From the NCBI RefSeq assembly GCF_008831285.2, contig NC_045138.2, forward strand, positions 41,478,001 through 41,542,000: a DNA stretch of 64,000 nucleotides, given 5' to 3'. This DNA is from Nymphaea colorata. Lineage: Eukaryota. The notes beneath the pieces are model-generated. The model searched no databases. It had not been told where the DNA came from and saw only the letters and a program-made list of their open reading frames with translations. The position numbers and the translations under genes are program-made. Position 1 is the first letter of the stretch; each line of letters opens with the position of its first letter. Positions 48,418 through 61,354 of the stretch are shown here, one piece after another.

Positions 48418-51400
48418 GCTTATTAAAGGGCTAACAGTGAGAGACCGGATAATTTCTCGAGACAGGAAAATCCATTCGATTCGATGAAGGGAAAGCTATC
48501 TTTTCATATATATGACAAGATGTCAAGTGACTAGCCATATTGACATCTTGTCCACCTTGAACTTGGTCAAACACTAGGTTCCCTACACACAAAACAAAGA
48601 GAGCCACTCTAAGAGATAAAAGCCTATGCTTTAGTGGAGCACTTGGCTTTAGCATATTAAAAAAGCCAGAATATTCATGACATATAACCACCCTCATAAC
48701 AAGGGAGAAGCCAATATTCTTCCTTTCATTCTTTTGGGAATGTAACTAATTTTCTAAACCTTCCTTTTTAGGCTAGGGCATGGAACCTACCAACTTTTGG
48801 AAAAGGTGGTACACAGCCTTTCACTACAACCCAAAAATCCTTCAAGGACATGCCCATAGTCCCATACCCTAGCTGCTATCCTTTCTCTTCCCAAGCATTG
48901 TTGTTGTTTATAATCAAGGTTGAAAAATCATATCATATTCATATATGTAAGGTACAAAACATATAATATATATTTTCCCCATTTATCTGTACTATGAAAG
49001 GTTATATTAATATAGTGACTTAAAAAAAAATGAATTGAATCATCTGAGTGGGTCCTGCTTTGATAGATTCAAATTTATGCATAGATTCATAAAATACATG
49101 TATTGTTGAATTAAACTATAGTCTTATCATTCTCGACTGTGAAATCTAATCCATTTTAAGGGTCTGTCTCAGTGACACATATAAATGCCGTTTTGCCTTT
49201 AAAATGGTGCTCAATATATGTTTAGGCAATGATCAAAACTGGGTTTATAAGAACTCATCCTCCATTATGTTCTTTATAGAAAACATCATTTTGATCTTGT
49301 CACTCAAACCGGGATTTCAGAACAAACTGGTTAAGAAACCAAGATCTCACAAAACTTGGTTTTCAACAACCTTTTTTTTTTTTTAATGAAATCGTCTTAG
49401 CATAACACAAGTTTTTATTATTGTATTATATTTTGGGCTTGTTTATACAGTTAGATGTATCAGAGACAACTAAAATCATTTTCGAATATATATATATATA
49501 TATATACACACACGCTATTAGGTGACAATGATGACATAAGGCACTAAAGGGTTTTTTTGACTGGCTGTTCCTGTGTGATTATTACATTGAAGCCTTTTGT
49601 TTCTTCGGCAGTAATGGACATCCTATGTTGCTGCCTTTGGCACTTTTGTTCCTAATGATTCCTTTGTTTATGTCCCAAAGAAAGAAAATGGAGCAGTTTT
49701 CATATTGGGAAAAAAAAAAAAAAGCGCCAGTAAAAAACATATTTGATTTTTAGTTTGTCATATATGAATATCCCTTTAAAAATTAAATATATTTTCCCTC
49801 TTTTTATATGTTTATGTAACATTATTTTTTCAAATACGAAAAATTCATGTTAATTGGAGAAGTGGTTGCACTGCCAAGTCATAAAGCAGCAAGCTTAGCG
49901 TCGCGGTCCACGAGAAGCGTCTACACCTTGTATTGCATTATGAAGTGTGAATAAGGCGGAATTGGAATCGATATGTCAAATGACTAAAAGTGTAGGGTTG
50001 AATGTGAAAAATTTATGAAACGCGCAAAGTGGAAAAGGACGTGTCCCGCGACAAGGGGACCACGATGACGTCAGCTGGCCTGGGGAGGAAGACCGAAAAG
50101 ACAATAACAGGCTTCATGTCATTTCTCCGTTCCGTTTCCACGGATGGGCCAGACTAAGTGAGGCCCGATCCAGTTGACCGATCCAAATCCAAGCCTAATA
50201 AGGAGTCGGCCTGTGGCTCGGGCCGGCCCGACACACGAAACCTAAGTCCGGTCGACACTCGAAACCTAGGTACGGGCTCAACTTGAGCCCAAGCCCAGTC
50301 TGATTTAATTAAAAAACATATATTTTATATTCTTAAAAAATTTATCCAGCTTGACCGCGCCCAGTTCCTTTTTTTTTTTTTTTTGGACTCGATCCTGAGC
50401 TCGAGTCAAGCCAAGTACTAGGTATCCAACCGGACGCCCACTCTTAGGTTCAGGGTCCACTGACGGGCTTGGGTTTTGAATCAAGCCACGGTTCCAAGCT
50501 GCCTGTCCTAGTCCAATTGCTCAATGAAGTCTGCAACAGAAACTGGTCATTTGTTCACCTGATTCGGTTGTTGGCATAAAAAATAAAATAGATTCACATA
50601 CGTTATTTAATGAGTGTTTTATCAATGTGCTTTAGGAAACATGGATAGTGTGTTAGTGTTGCCAAACTTATTGCTCTTTAATTTAATCTCCTCAACTTTA
50701 AAAGGCTTTTTAGTGAAAGAGAAAAAATATGGTGTTATTCAAACTGTTTGTACAAGTTTTATTCTAAGAGCACTATGTTCTTATTTCAAAAAACAAAGAC
50801 AGTCTCTTCAAATCTAACAATCAAATGCTAGAGATAAACATACATGTTTTATAAAAACAATAAAGTGTTACATTTTAATAACATACATTCTTTTCTTTTC
50901 TTTTTAACATTAATGATGGCTATGCTAAGGGCCCAACCTGGGTTAAAATGCTTTTTTCATTTTACCAAATGCAATCCAGATTTAATATCCGAGATTTAGA
51001 CGTGCACCTGCTAGTAGCAACATTAATTGACAGCACTATAGCCTTCCCCTTCGAGGGAGACTTTGTGGTAATACTGTCGCTAGTTTCTCATCTCCTTTCG
51101 GTGAACATTGCAGTAGGTTTGATCAAGAAAAAGAAGAGTGTTCAAATTCCAGGGGCGCTACTTTTTATGTGAACAGTAGCCATGAAAATTGACGTTCTAA
51201 AATCTCATGGTATCTTACTACGGTTTTTGAGTGAGCAGGAGGGCTAATTCCACTGTTTAAATAAGAGCAGAAGCTCTCCCCGATCTCCTTTCCCCTTCAA
51301 AGTCTGAAGCTCCTCCTTTCTCCTTTTCGCTTAAATAAGAGCCGAAGCTCACTGCCATAACACCGACGAGAGTTGAATTAACGCACCCTCGACCCTCTGT

Positions 51401-52838
51401 TTGCGCCATGCTAATTGGGGCTACATATGTCTTCATCTTAGTGAAGCTTCCCCATATTAAAATCAAATTGAGATCACATTCACAGTTCACCATAAGCGTG
51501 ACTTTTTTGAGCAAGCCAAAGTTATGGGCGTGGCCCTTCAACTCAGAAAATTCAAAATGGTATATGTAAAATTTTAAAAATTTTAGTTTAATGTATACAA
51601 GAAAGTTTAAAAGGTTATATTTCGGCTCTTGTTAAAATTTTGAAAGTAAAAAAATTTCTGGCTCCAACCTTGCTGCTGCTTTCAAGAGAGCTTTTCCCTT
51701 AAATGGAACGGCGTTATATATACACTTCGCCACAAAACAGGATCCGTTCCCATTCATACAGGCATTCTGATCCTTTTTGGAACTTGAAAGCCTTCCCTCC
51801 AAATCTTTAGGCAAGTAAACAAAGCTTCTGGTGGCATCCAAAGAAGCATGAAAGACAATTTCAATGACCATTCAAACCGAAATCTTTGAATGTTTCGCTT
51901 TGGCTCGCAAAAGAGTGCTTTGCTCGTGACTTTGCGAGTGCATCACCTTCTTTCTGAAAGGAAGAAAATAACGTTGAAAGGTCGATATTATATTTGCAGA
52001 CCATCGGATATGTAAATAATGGTGGAACTACACAATTTAACCAGAGTAAAACGAACCATGCAGAGCCCTTTCAACAATGTCAGACTAACTCAAGATGCCT
52101 TCAACCTGCTGATGGCAGTAGAAGAGGGAGGTTATCAAAATCGAACTGGGCAGTTTAATTCTGCAACTTGTTCAATTTCAATAGAACGCAGAACAATAGC
52201 GGCAGTTCACGAGCAAGTATAGTCGGTTGGATTATTAAATGTCATCTCCAAGCAGAGATTCAGTACTCAAATACAGCACCCAAGTGTTCTCCCAATCAAT
52301 CCATGTTCCCTTCGATGAGCAGAGTGGAAAATCAGAAAAACTTAAGCAGGAAAAGCTACAGAACATTTCAATATTTCAGAATTTCAATCCAAAATTTCAG
52401 AACGAGGCGATAATGATTCTTGTAGAACATTTCAATATTAAGTTGGTTTGATCTTTTGGAGATGTAACAAGAAGCATGCCATCTTGCTCATAATCTAGAA
52501 GCCTGTATGACCATAAAAGGTTGTTGAAATGTCCCCATTAATTCAGATTCTGTGATTCATTATTTTAATTTTGGATCAAAGAAGGCAAGAAGGTGAATTC
52601 CCTGATGTGGGTGCACGTCATGGCACCGATCTTGCCATGCATGATGGACTGGGATGGACAAAGGAGAAAAGGATACTGACCGTCCATCCCAGCACAGCGG
52701 CTAGGAACTTACATGAGGCCTGAGCTCAGTGTGATTAAGTTTGAATCCAGTAAAGGTTGGATCTCACATGAATTGGAGCCATTTACATACATAAGTAGGA
52801 AGATGAAAGTAAGGCATCAGTGGGTTAGCAGTTAAAAT

Positions 52839-52984
52839 TTGTCTCTTAGTATCTTAATTTTAGACATAAAAGTGAATCTGTGCTCGAAAGTTAGATCCAT
52901 ACTTTCAAATCCAGTTCGAGCTTGTGTCTTGGTATCTCAATTTTAGAAATAAAAATGAATCTGTGGTCGAAAGTTAGAGCCATA
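52839..52984 (+). repeat. Imperfect tandem duplication (about 83-bp period)
   Basis: TTTTAGA.ATAAAA.TGAATCTGTG.TCGAAAGTTAGA.CCATA occurs twice. Confidence 0.8.
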
Positions 52985-53649
52985 TTTTTGGGGTCTTTCA
53001 GGCATGTGAGATCTGCTTTACATGCTATTCTCAACGACAAAATTTTCGGAAGTTGTCTCCTGTATTTTTTTGGGACCTTTTGGCTATTGTAACAATATTC
53101 ATCTTTAGGGTAGATTCATGAAATACTAAGTTCAGACTTTATAATTGAGTCAAATATCTCATATAAAGAAATACATTGTATTCCAGGCTCTCTCTCCACT
53201 TTAAGGGAGATTTAGGTTATTTGGAGAATAAAGGTTGGTTTCTAGATATTCAATTTAATCAATACAGTCTGATCTCATTAGAATCAATGACCCAAAAAAT
53301 TGTCATTAAGCCTTTTTGTGGCTTTTCCAATCTGACAACCCACAATATTTCTTTTTTTTTAAAAAAAAAAAAGTCAACTATATTATACTATCATATACCA
53401 AACTTAATGAGAATTATTTGGGCCATTGATTATAATGAGATCAGATTGTATAGATTAAAGTGAATATAAATGAGATGAGATTGTATAGGTTAAATTGAAT
53501 ATGTAGAAACCAACCCATTGGGGGGGAGAGAGAGAGAGAGAGAGAGAGGAATAAATGGATTTCTTTATATGAGAAACCTTGGGGCTTGATTCAATTGAAG
53601 GGTCTTTTGATCCTTCGAAAAATTGTCAACCACAATTTTCATTGAGGGA

Positions 53650-53708
<59 letters not shown>

Positions 53709-54537
53709 AGGATCTCTCCTATCCTGTTCGATCAAGGGGATCCTTTCACGCATCTGCCCCGATGCATGCACAGTGGACGCGGCATTAGATGTGAACCATG
53801 AAGCAAATGCAAGAGAAATTTTTCTAAAGGGAATTCATCATGTAAATATACCAGCTAACCAAAGATACTGCAAAACAGGGCCTGATGAAAGATAAGTTCA
53901 GTTCAATTTCAAGCTCTTTTATTCATATTTTTCATGAAAAGAATACTTCACGCCCTATGAAGTTGCGAGGACGAACAGAAACTCAATGTTAACAACATAT
54001 CGTTGGCCTATCTTTAAAAGTATTGTAGATAAACACAAACTCGATCCATTTGTTCACCTAACACCTTCAACTACCCAATGGGTAGGAGAGAGCTACGCGG
54101 TTTAGCGAGACATGAGAATCATAGAGTGTAATCAGAGCTGACATATATACTTAATTAACGGGCTCTACATCTAAATAGAGGGGAAGAAGCCAATGTCAAG
54201 CTTTGATCAGTAATTAACGGAAATTAGACTTTTTCGAGAGATATTCTCATTATACGGTCAGCTTTTTTAACATGGCACCAAAAGATTGTCGTTGATCAGC
54301 CTTTGTTACATCTTACACAGTACATTTGCAAACATATTGCAACTAAAATGCCCCAGTTATTATAATTTTTCATATATTGATTAGCATGGTAAGGTTGGAT
54401 AATTGATACATACATTGAATGATTTACAAAAGAAGAGAGCGACTCTATAATATTTATATTTTTAAGTTGAGAACTACTTGGACTGTGCATAACATAAGCA
54501 ATCCAATCATGTCAACAAAATATCTCTTGACATTAGT

Positions 54538-54540
<3 letters not shown>

Positions 54541-54596
<56 letters not shown>
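54541..54596. repeat. (TA)n microsatellite
   Basis: Seen directly. Confidence 0.95.
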
Positions 54597-54598
<2 letters not shown>

Positions 54599-55763
54599 TA
54601 AAAACATAAGATAGTGCATCATTGGTTCCATTTTTGCAGGTGACAGCTCATGACCCCAAAAGCAAAGGGAATGGAGGGAGGTATTCAGACTTTTTTTCTG
54701 GAGGTCAGAAGCAATCTAACAGCCCTTTTTGGGTTCCATACATGATCATTCTTTTTAAAATATTTCAAATAGTTTATTAAATTTATGAAATAAAAAGAAA
54801 TAACGCAACATGAACTGATTCTCAGCTACACATCTTTTCAAACGTTAGCAAATGTGTTTGGTACCAAAATCTGTTTTGTAAGTAGTCCGTTTTGTGACAT
54901 TTAATCTGCTCTCTATACACCGTGATCATCAGTGTGCATTACATAGGTTTACCATTAAAAGAACATTGATTTTACATAAATGTAGCTCAAAATTATTAGT
55001 TAGGTTGATATGACTTGAATGACGGATATCAACCATATCGGCTGATATTTAGAAGCCCATGTGTTGTTCTACATCTATGTAATGGACCAGTACTATGGAG
55101 ATAAGGAGTTGGGTGGAAACTTCGGCTCTAGGTTCGGTGGCGGGTCTCTCTCACTCATCCAGAATGACTGACTGATAAATGAGGCCTACGTGTGACACAG
55201 TGTCGGAAGTAATGATGAGTTAAGGCTCCTCTCCTGCATTGGCTTGCACATGCAGAAATTTGATACTGACCTTCAAGTGGCTGCTGGTCCAACCAGCTAC
55301 TCCAAATAAACTCCTTCAAGCCAATATATAACATAATTAATATTGGTTTTAGTGTTTAAAATTTCAAAAACTATTATTTACAGAACTCTAAAATTAACTT
55401 TGTTATAAACCTGGTTTTAGGTTAAAGTAAGCCTTTGAAATATCTATTTTCGTTCTGTTATTATTAAAAAACTTATAAAAATTGAATATGATTTGGTGAA
55501 TACATCAGCTAATACAATGTTGCTCATTCGGAGAAATTATTCCTTGTTTTTTTCAATGAGAATGGGTTTTGCGTACAATATATTATAAACCGCATACGAA
55601 TTTAATTTAGCCCTCACAAAAGTGCTGTTACCTTGACATATTTTAGAGTGTCATGGACTTTTGAAAATATCGGAAGCTCCAGAGGAGATTTTTCTTAACG
55701 TGGAAAAGAGAGGAAAACTATTATATCGAATGAATTAACAAATTAATCATATTAGTGCTCTGA

Positions 55764-55974
55764 GGGGTGTAGCGCAACTGGGTGACAATGTGGTTCACTC
55801 AAAAGAAGGTCTGTGTCACGGAACCCATTGTTTCTATTAGGACTCAGTATGCTACTCTCCTAAACCATAAGGTCCCGTAGCATGAACTATGAATGAACTT
55901 AAGGTCCCGTAGCATGAACTATGAATGAACCTGGGGAATGGCCGCAGGGCCTCTCTTTAAGGGTGAAAAAAAAA
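55764..55974 (+). mobile_element. Probable tRNA-derived SINE with an internal 32-bp tandem duplication
   Basis: The head GGGGTGTAGCGCAACTGG resembles a tRNA 5' end with A box. A degenerate B-box-like GTCACGGAACCC follows. A9 tail at 55966-55974. TAAGGTCCCGTAGCATGAACTATGAATGAAC is duplicated at 55868-55930. Flanks are loosely similar (AATCAT...AGT...TCTG). Confidence 0.5.
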
Positions 55975-58545
55975 GTAAGAATCATCAATGAGTAAATCTG
56001 GCTTTATGTTTAAGTCTATGAGCTCAAATCTACTTCTCTCGAAAGAATCATGGTTGAGATAGTTTTCTTGTAGGTTGTAAGTGGTGAAGATTCTTGCACT
56101 TATTCAAAGGCAACCTCCATAATTGTAGCATTGTGCATCATCATGCATCATGCAGCATGTAACTGCCACAAGGGTATGACTTGATCGATGATCAATTTCT
56201 ACCTAATATGATGATAAGTATCATGCTTTATGTATGTCATGATGTACACGCAACATGGTATTGAATATTCAAACATATCAACATCCACAGCCCTAAAAAC
56301 GAAGCATGGTCTCCAGTTTCTTAGCATGGCTTTGGCTAACTTTCATTAAAATTTTGATGAAATATAGTAGAGGAATCTGCACCACTTATGGGAATCTCGC
56401 ATAATGAATTGGCAACCAACAGAATTAAGATGGGATCATCACTTACATATGTCATCCATCAACTTAGTTCATACATTTAATATTTTAGGGTTGTTAGTGT
56501 GACAAACCAAATTCAAAGCTCTTGTGATTCCGCCGAAATGATCATATAGTTTTTCTGCTAAAATGATGTTAAATCTTATTTCCTTTCAGAGTTAAAATGC
56601 AATTTTTTCTAAACGTGGTTTTAACACAAAAAACAAGTTCTTTTTAGTATCAACTGAATAAAGAAGTACCAAAGGAGATCACTTCACACTTCGAAGACAT
56701 ACCCTGAGAAAATAACTTGGAAATAGCGCCACATCAGGTTTTGATAAGTCTTGGAATTCATAAACTTGGAATTCATAAACTTGGTTAGATAAGATGCGAA
56801 GATTCCTAGAAAGATGCCCTTAAGTTAGGAAAAAAGAAAAATAAAAAACAACTATATATAACTCTGCTGAAAAGGTATGATTCCTAACTTTTCCTGTGTA
56901 TGATATGCTGGATTCTGATAAACATTGCCAAGTCATTCTGTTCTTTATTCTTTATTTACCATGAAAAGTCGTCATTGGTATCTGTGAAGCCACTTCCATT
57001 GCCAAGCCAAGAATATTATCACATGTTCTCCTGCTTGTTAGTTAGCTTTTATATATATATATATATATATATACCAGGCTAAACAAACACGGCTTCATCC
57101 TCTTTATGTTCACAGACGATAAATAGAAAGTTTGCAGGAGAAACGCTTCAAACCTTCATTTGAATTTGGTCGATCGAAGCAAACTTGAAATTTTGTTCAT
57201 TCTTATATGTTTTTTCACAGCTTTATATTGTTATCTTTTTAATTTCACAAAAGTTACCGCTTTCCTTGTAAAAATAGTTTGCTTGAACATACATTCCCGC
57301 AGGTCAGCATGCTTTGAAAATGATAATAAAAGCAGTGAGGATCTCACATCACATGGAACTCTTTTTCAGCTGAGAAAATCCTTGTGCCTGTTTGTTTGCA
57401 CTCATTTCATAGGTCAGCACAGTGCTTCAAAGAAACATTTACTTCTGATTTCTCTGTAAGGAAAAGCTCACTTTCTTAGGAAAGCCCATTCCCCATTCTT
57501 GGATCCCGTTTGTTTCACCTACTTTGCTATGAAAAAATTACTGTTTTTCTGCCCTATTATTAGATCGCCACTAATGAGCTTGGTCAACCACTCAATCTGT
57601 ATTAATAGATAAAAATTCACCACCCATCCAATCATAGAACTCAAATTCTACCAAATTTTTCGTTATCAAATTAAATTGTTACAGCAAGAAGCTCTGTCGG
57701 GATCTTAGATCCAAGGTGATCCAAACCGAGGATCTGATATTTGAGGATCTGAAGTCAGAATTTGCTACTTAAAGTGGGTCTAAGTCGACAATTCTAAAAT
57801 CACTTGTTTAAACAATAGGTCTCACTCCCACAAATTGTGGATTTCAGATCTGCCTTAAAACTTCAAATCCGAGACTATCAAACATACCTCAAGTTTGTTG
57901 AATGGTCTTTGCTATCATCATTCAAAGGAAGATTCACGGCCTACTTCTCAAATTGGGAAAGGTCAAGCACGCCTTCAAGGCTCACCCATGCCCTTGTGAC
58001 CTATACTTAGTCAATGCGCCAATCCGGCGCAGTTTCGTGGAGCTGATCGGACCAAGTTCGCCGACCAGGAAGCACTGAATTCGAGCCACGGAACCAACTT
58101 TGCTGGGATTGAAGGCTAGGTAGGTCCGGGTTAGTAAGGCTGCGACCGAGCTCGGTCCGGCCATCCATCTGTGATCAGGTTGGACTCGAACCTGGTACAT
58201 CCAAAAATGCTAAAACCCATGTACTAACTAGACAGGGCTCATCTGCCACCCGGTTGAAATGATCTGTTTGGTGCAGCAGTTTGCCAAACACCCCACCCCC
58301 CACGTTAGTTTGCTTTTCTCCGTTGCTTCTTCTTCTTTCTCCTTTTTCCTTTTCCAGTTCAATGATGGTTTTCTTTGTTCGTTGGTTGATGGTTTTCTTT
58401 GTTCGTTGGTTGATGGTTTTCGAAAGCCACCTCCTGTTGATACTCAATAGCTTGACAGTTTCAGAACATCCTACGGCTGCTGGATTGCGACAGCCGATCT
58501 ACAACCGCGTTGACCACCATTAACTCATCTCCCTCTCTCTCTTTC

Positions 58546-58616
<71 letters not shown>

Positions 58617-58639
58617 CTGACTTACAAGTAAATTTCTCC

Positions 58640-58754
58640 GAATTATCAGATTGATATGATCTTCATGTCAAGATGTTTTCAGCAGGTGGGCGGGATTCTA
58701 CAAGAATAGAGATGCAAACATGTAGACATGAAGATCATATCAATTTGACAATTC
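58640..58754. repeat. Inverted repeat / hairpin with 39-bp arms (35/39 match) and a 37-nt loop
   Basis: 58640-58678 is the reverse complement of 58716-58754 with 4 mismatches. Microsatellites flank it on both sides. Confidence 0.85.
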
Positions 58755-59216
58755 CGTGATATATATATATATATACATGTGTGCGTGTGTGGGGTTACGT
58801 TACGTGCCTGACAAGACTTTGCTTACCATCTCTGTAAGAATAATAATCTTTGAATGTATATGTCAATAGTTATGGCAAACTCAATTAAAAAGAATATATA
58901 TATATATATATGTAGAGAGAGAGAGGGAGAGAGAGAGAGAGCTGGCATATTGTTGGCGACGGTTGTACAGATCCATTCTCACACGCATTTGACTCTGCGG
59001 AGCACCAAAAACCAGACGTGCCTTGCCAGTCACAACTCACAACACGCCCTCCCTCTTCCCTTCCTCACCTTCTCTTCACCATCCTCAGTTTTGGTATAAC
59101 AATTACTCTGATTTTGTAGCCTCCATTTAATAGATCGTCTCTCTCCCTCCCTCTTTTTAAAACGAGAAACCGTGGTTCAGAGGAGACCCACATTCTGTTT
59201 CGACTTCCCCTGGTTC

Positions 59217-59260
<44 letters not shown>

Positions 59261-59302
59261 GCGGAAGGCAAGTCTGGCAGCAGTTAGAAAAAAGGTTAGA
59301 AA

Positions 59303-61022
59303 ATGTTTCAGCATCACAGAAGTCATGGACAGCGCAAAGGTCAGGAGGCCTTGAACGAGTGCCAAACCTTTGTGGAATGTGGAAACATGTACAGAAGAAC
59401 CAGACCAAGGGTCCTCCGTCTGTTCCTCCTCTTTTCCGTCGTCTCCTGCACCCTCCTCTTTGCTCCTCGCCTCTTTGCTGCCTTTACCAACTTACCTTTG
59501 TTCTGTAAGTCCCTTTGTAACTTGGTTCTCTCTGTTTTTCTCTCTCCAAATATTTATCGATTCCCATTTCTTCCTTGTATTAACAAGCAGCCCTGAAAAA
59601 CCCATTTCCTGTTTTCTGCGTGTACAGACGTGGAGGATACCTTTCTTGCTGAAACGGTGAACAGAAACCCTCCTTGTCCGTCCATACTCAAAAACGGTAC
59701 ACCCATTTCTTTTCGTCTCTTTTCTTACAGCAAAAACTTTTGAATGCTTCAACTCTCCCTCTTAATATGGATGTCTTGATTGTGCAGGGACTGTTTGTTG
59801 TGACAGAACCAGCTTCCGCACAGACGTTTGTTATATGAAAGGGGACATAAGAACCATATCTTCTACAAACTCGATTTTTCTCTATACCGCCTTCCTCAAC
59901 ACCACTGAACAGAAGCAAGAAAAGGAGACCATCAAGATCAAGCCGTACACCAGGAAATGGGAAACAAGCCTCATGAACACCATTGATGAGCTCACACTCG
60001 TCAAGACATCGAGCTCTCCTTACCACCACCACTGCGATGCTCACCACTCTGTTCCTGCTATATTCTTCTCAACAGGGGGCTACACGGGCAATGTCTACCA
60101 CGAGTTCAATGATGGAATCATTCCCTTGTACATCACCTCGCAGAAGTACAAAAAAGAGGTGGTGTTTGTCATCTTGGAGTATCACAGCTGGTGGATAACC
60201 AAGTACAGCGACATTCTATCTCATCTCAGCAACTATGCGCCAATTGATTTCGCAAACAGCAAGCAGAGGCACTGCTTCTCGGAAGCCATTGTAGGCCTCA
60301 ACATCCATGACGAGCTCACTGTGAACTCGTCCATGATGCGCGACGACCCGAAAAGCATGTTGGATTTCCGCAGATTGCTGGATGATGCGTACAGGCCTAG
60401 AATCAGGGGGTTGCTCGGGGAAGAAGGGAGGAAAGAGGACGAAAATGAGAGGGGGCAGAGGTTGATCTCCAATCCCAAGTTGGTCATCATCTCTAGGAAT
60501 GGTTCAAGAGCAATTCTGAATCAGGAGACCTTGGTGAAAGTCGCCGAGGAGATTGGCTTCAAGGTCGAGGTGTTAAGCCCGACGCGGACGACGGAGCTGG
60601 CCAAGGTATACAGGTCACTGAACTCTAGTGATGTTATGGTGGGTGTTCACGGTGCAGCCATGACCCACTTCATGTTCATGAGGCCTGGAACTGTTTTCAT
60701 CCAAGTGGTGCCATTGGGTACAGACTGGGCTGCACAGACCTACTATGGCGATCCTGCCATGAAGCTTGGTTTGAGATACATCAACTATAAGATTCTGCCA
60801 AGGGAGAGCTCCTTGTATGCACAGTATGACAAGGATGACCCTGTGCTGACAGACCCACAATCATTGAACAAGAAAGGATGGGAAGTCACCAAGCGTCTGT
60901 ACTTGGATGGGCAGATCGTGACATTGGAGATGAAGAGATTTAGGAAGAGGTTGTTGAGGGCCTATATCTATTCTGTAAGTAGAAGAAGAAAGGAGATGGT
61001 GGGGAGGTCTGTTTCCCTTTAG
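59303..61022 (+). CDS. Glycosyltransferase family 61 (DUF563; MUCI21-like xylan glycosyltransferase clade), 501 aa. Exons 59303-59504, 59628-59696, 59788-61022
   Basis: Transmembrane segment in exon 1 and motifs VCCDRTSFRTDVCYMKGD, IKPYTRKWE, FSTGGYTGNVYHEFNDG, GVHGAAMTHFMFMRPG. Two phase-1 GT-AG introns. 1506 nt in frame. Confidence 0.94.
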
Positions 61023-61219
61023 GTCATTAGAAACTGATCAAATTCTTTTGTTCTTTTTGTGTTTTCTGGATTTTTTAAATGGTTGGTTGTCGATGGTGGT
61101 GCCGTGATGGTGATGCTAGCTTTGATTGATCAAGACTGTTGATTTTGTGTATTGGGAAAGGAAAGGAAGAAGGGGAATCCGTGATCTGTTCTTGGTGTAG
61201 ATAAGATATTCATTCAAAA

Positions 61220-61354
61220 GAGTCCGTCTCCAATAAGTTAATGTATAGAGGAATTTAATTTGTATACTTCATCTTGAACACATTTTGAGTCTCTCTTCAA
61301 TAAGTTAATGTATAGAGGAATTTCATTTGTATGCTTCATCTTGAACACATTTTG
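61220..61354 (+). repeat. Tandem duplication, 2 x 67 bp, in the probable 3' UTR of the second GT61
   Basis: CAATAAGTTAATGTATAGAGGAATTT.ATTTGTAT.CTTCATCTTGAACACATTTTG occurs twice. Confidence 0.9.
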
